Virus record (IMG/VR): IMGVR_UViG_3300030329_004417
Coordinates: 1 to 35,093 of that record
From: a virus
Lineage: Duplodnaviria > Caudoviricetes
Length of the DNA: 35,093 bases
Direction: 5' to 3' (one strand)
The notes beneath the pieces are model-generated. The model made no database searches. It saw only the letters and a program-made list of their open reading frames with translations, and had not been told where the DNA came from. Both the position numbers and the translations under genes were made by a program. Each line of letters starts with the position of its first letter. The stretch's first letter is position 1. This document shows positions 33,700 through 35,093 of this stretch, piece after piece.

Positions 33700-35093
33700 T
33701 GGCCGCTTTGGAAATTAACGACGACGATGGCAAAACCAGAGTATCTGGCGACGGGACGACAGGTCCCTATACCTATGATTTTCCCGTCTATGCAGCAACC
33801 GATATAAAGGTAATCGAAACCGATGTAGACGGTACCGATACTACCTTTACATATAGTGCCACCCCATCCGGTACACAATTTTCAGTGACCGGGGTGGGGG
33901 TCGAAGCTGGCGGTACTATTACAACTGGCCAAAACATCGCTGCTACCAGTACCCTTACTATTTATCGTGATATGCCGATCGAGCAGTTGCAGGAGCATCA
34001 TTTCTCGAATGCTGGCGATTTTGATGGTGATGAAATTAACACCACTTTCAATCGCTACGTCATGATGCTGCAGCAGATCGAAGAGACCACGAGCCGGGCG
34101 GTAGTAACCGCGATCACCGATACGGCAGGGTCCCTGACCCTCCCCGCTGCGGTTAACTCCTATCTACTGCAGTGGTCGAGTGGCGCGCTGGTCAATGTTG
34201 CACCTGCCGATCTTACAGGCTTCGGAACGCAGTATCTCGGATCGTATTCTACCGCGCCTACGGAACGGCCCGACGAAACTGCGTTGCAAGAAGGCGATAT
34301 TTATTGGAATTCTTCCAGCAACAAGCATTTCACGTGGGACAATGATGGCTCGCAATGGTTGTCGGGTGTTATTGGCAAAGAAGTCGATAAATTCGAATAT
34401 ACGGCAACTGCGGAACAGACTACGTTTTCTGGCTCTGATAACAATAGTAAAACTTTAGGGTACACCGTTGGTCAGATCGACGTGTTTGTCAACGGAATAC
34501 TCCTGGACGACGATGAATTTACTGCCACTAATGGTACGTCTGTCGTGTTGGATGATGGCGCAGCGCTGAGTAGTTCAGTCATTATTAAGACATGGGACAA
34601 TATCGCCACATACGGTTCCATGGCGAGCCAAAACGCCAATGCTGTAGCAATCACGGGCGGTACGATTTCTGGTGTCACTATAGATGGTGTTACCATAGGT
34701 AGTATCGGTAGCGCTGGTCTTGCTTTTGAGGGCGCAACGGATAATGCTTTCGAGACGACGCTTACAGTCACGGACCCGACAGCGGATCGGACAGTCACGT
34801 TTGGTGATCTCGATCTGACGTTTGATCAGAATGTCCAGACGACTGCGGCAGTAACATTCGCGACGGTCGATACTGGCCAAGGCGCTAATGAACTCTACGC
34901 AATGGATCAGAATGTTCGCACAAGCGACGATGTGACGTTCGATACGGTCGAGGTAACGGGAACGCTCACGGCGCCGGTTTCGGGCTTAACGGGCGAGGTT
35001 CCTGTCGCGAATGGTGGCACCGGCGCCACGTCCGCAGCGAATGCTAGAACTAATTTGGGCGTAGCCATTGGCTCTGACGTGCAGGCGTATTCA
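33699..35093 (+). CDS. tail fibre protein, T7 gp17-like N-terminus (3'-truncated; absent from the ORF track)
   Basis: Translated from ATG 33699: MAALEINDDDGKTRVSGDGTTGPYTYDFPVYAATDIKV...LTIYRDMPIEQ...NAGDF...FNRYVMMLQQ, then Thr/Gly-rich fibre segments. Appears open to the window end. Confidence 0.85.
   Translation, partial: MAALEINDDDGKTRVSGDGTTGPYTYDFPVYAATDIKVIETDVDGTDTTFTYSATPSGTQFSVTGVGVEAGGTITTGQNIAATSTLTIYRDMPIEQLQEHHFSNAGDFDGDEINTTFNRYVMMLQQIEETTSRAVVTAITDTAGSLTLPAAVNSYLLQWSSGALVNVAPADLTGFGTQYLGSYSTAPTERPDETALQEGDIYWNSSSNKHFTWDNDGSQWLSGVIGKEVDKFEYTATAEQTTFSGSDNNSKTLGYTVGQIDVFVNGILLDDDEFTATNGTSVVLDDGAALSSSVIIKTWDNIATYGSMASQNANAVAITGGTISGVTIDGVTIGSIGSAGLAFEGATDNAFETTLTVTDPTADRTVTFGDLDLTFDQNVQTTAAVTFATVDTGQGANELYAMDQNVRTSDDVTFDTVEVTGTLTAPVSGLTGEVPVANGGTGATSAANARTNLGVAIGSDVQAYS

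Noticed and set aside
1-35093. Restriction-site usage as independent evidence for Z-DNA
   Set aside because: A-containing sites (GATC, GAATTC) are common, but so are G/C-only sites. No differential can be claimed without counting.

Overview
This window is a nearly complete lytic podovirus-like phage genome, opened inside the tail-fibre gene: the 3' end of a fibre-like ORF starts the window and a T7-type fibre ORF runs off the end. The plus strand carries the late module (17.6-35.1 kb and 0-3.5 kb): two TerS-like genes, TerL, portal, scaffold, major capsid, tail tubular proteins A/B, internal virion proteins, tail fibres, holin and GH24 endolysin. The minus strand carries the early/replication module (3.5-16.8 kb): Prim-Pol/SF3 helicase, SNF2 helicase, a 2,6-diaminopurine (Z-genome) cluster (datZ-like HD hydrolase, MazG/DUF550-like pyrophosphatase, purZ), a family A polymerase with unusual active-site motifs, an SSB-like protein and an NrdR-like Zn ribbon. 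Four less ordinary signals stand out. (i) The largest internal virion protein carries an intact R-S-E ADP-ribosyltransferase domain. (ii) Two related ~280-bp iteron/palindrome elements at 14.4 and 17.3 kb bracket the early genes with a perfect 24-bp inverted repeat. (iii) Long islands lack every AA/TT dinucleotide, some inside coding sequence. (iv) A twin-hairpin RNA motif precedes the capsid gene, and an AGAGAGT leader motif recurs before early genes. No integrase, RNA polymerase, tRNA or CRISPR array was recognised. All product calls come from motif recognition by eye; no database search was run.
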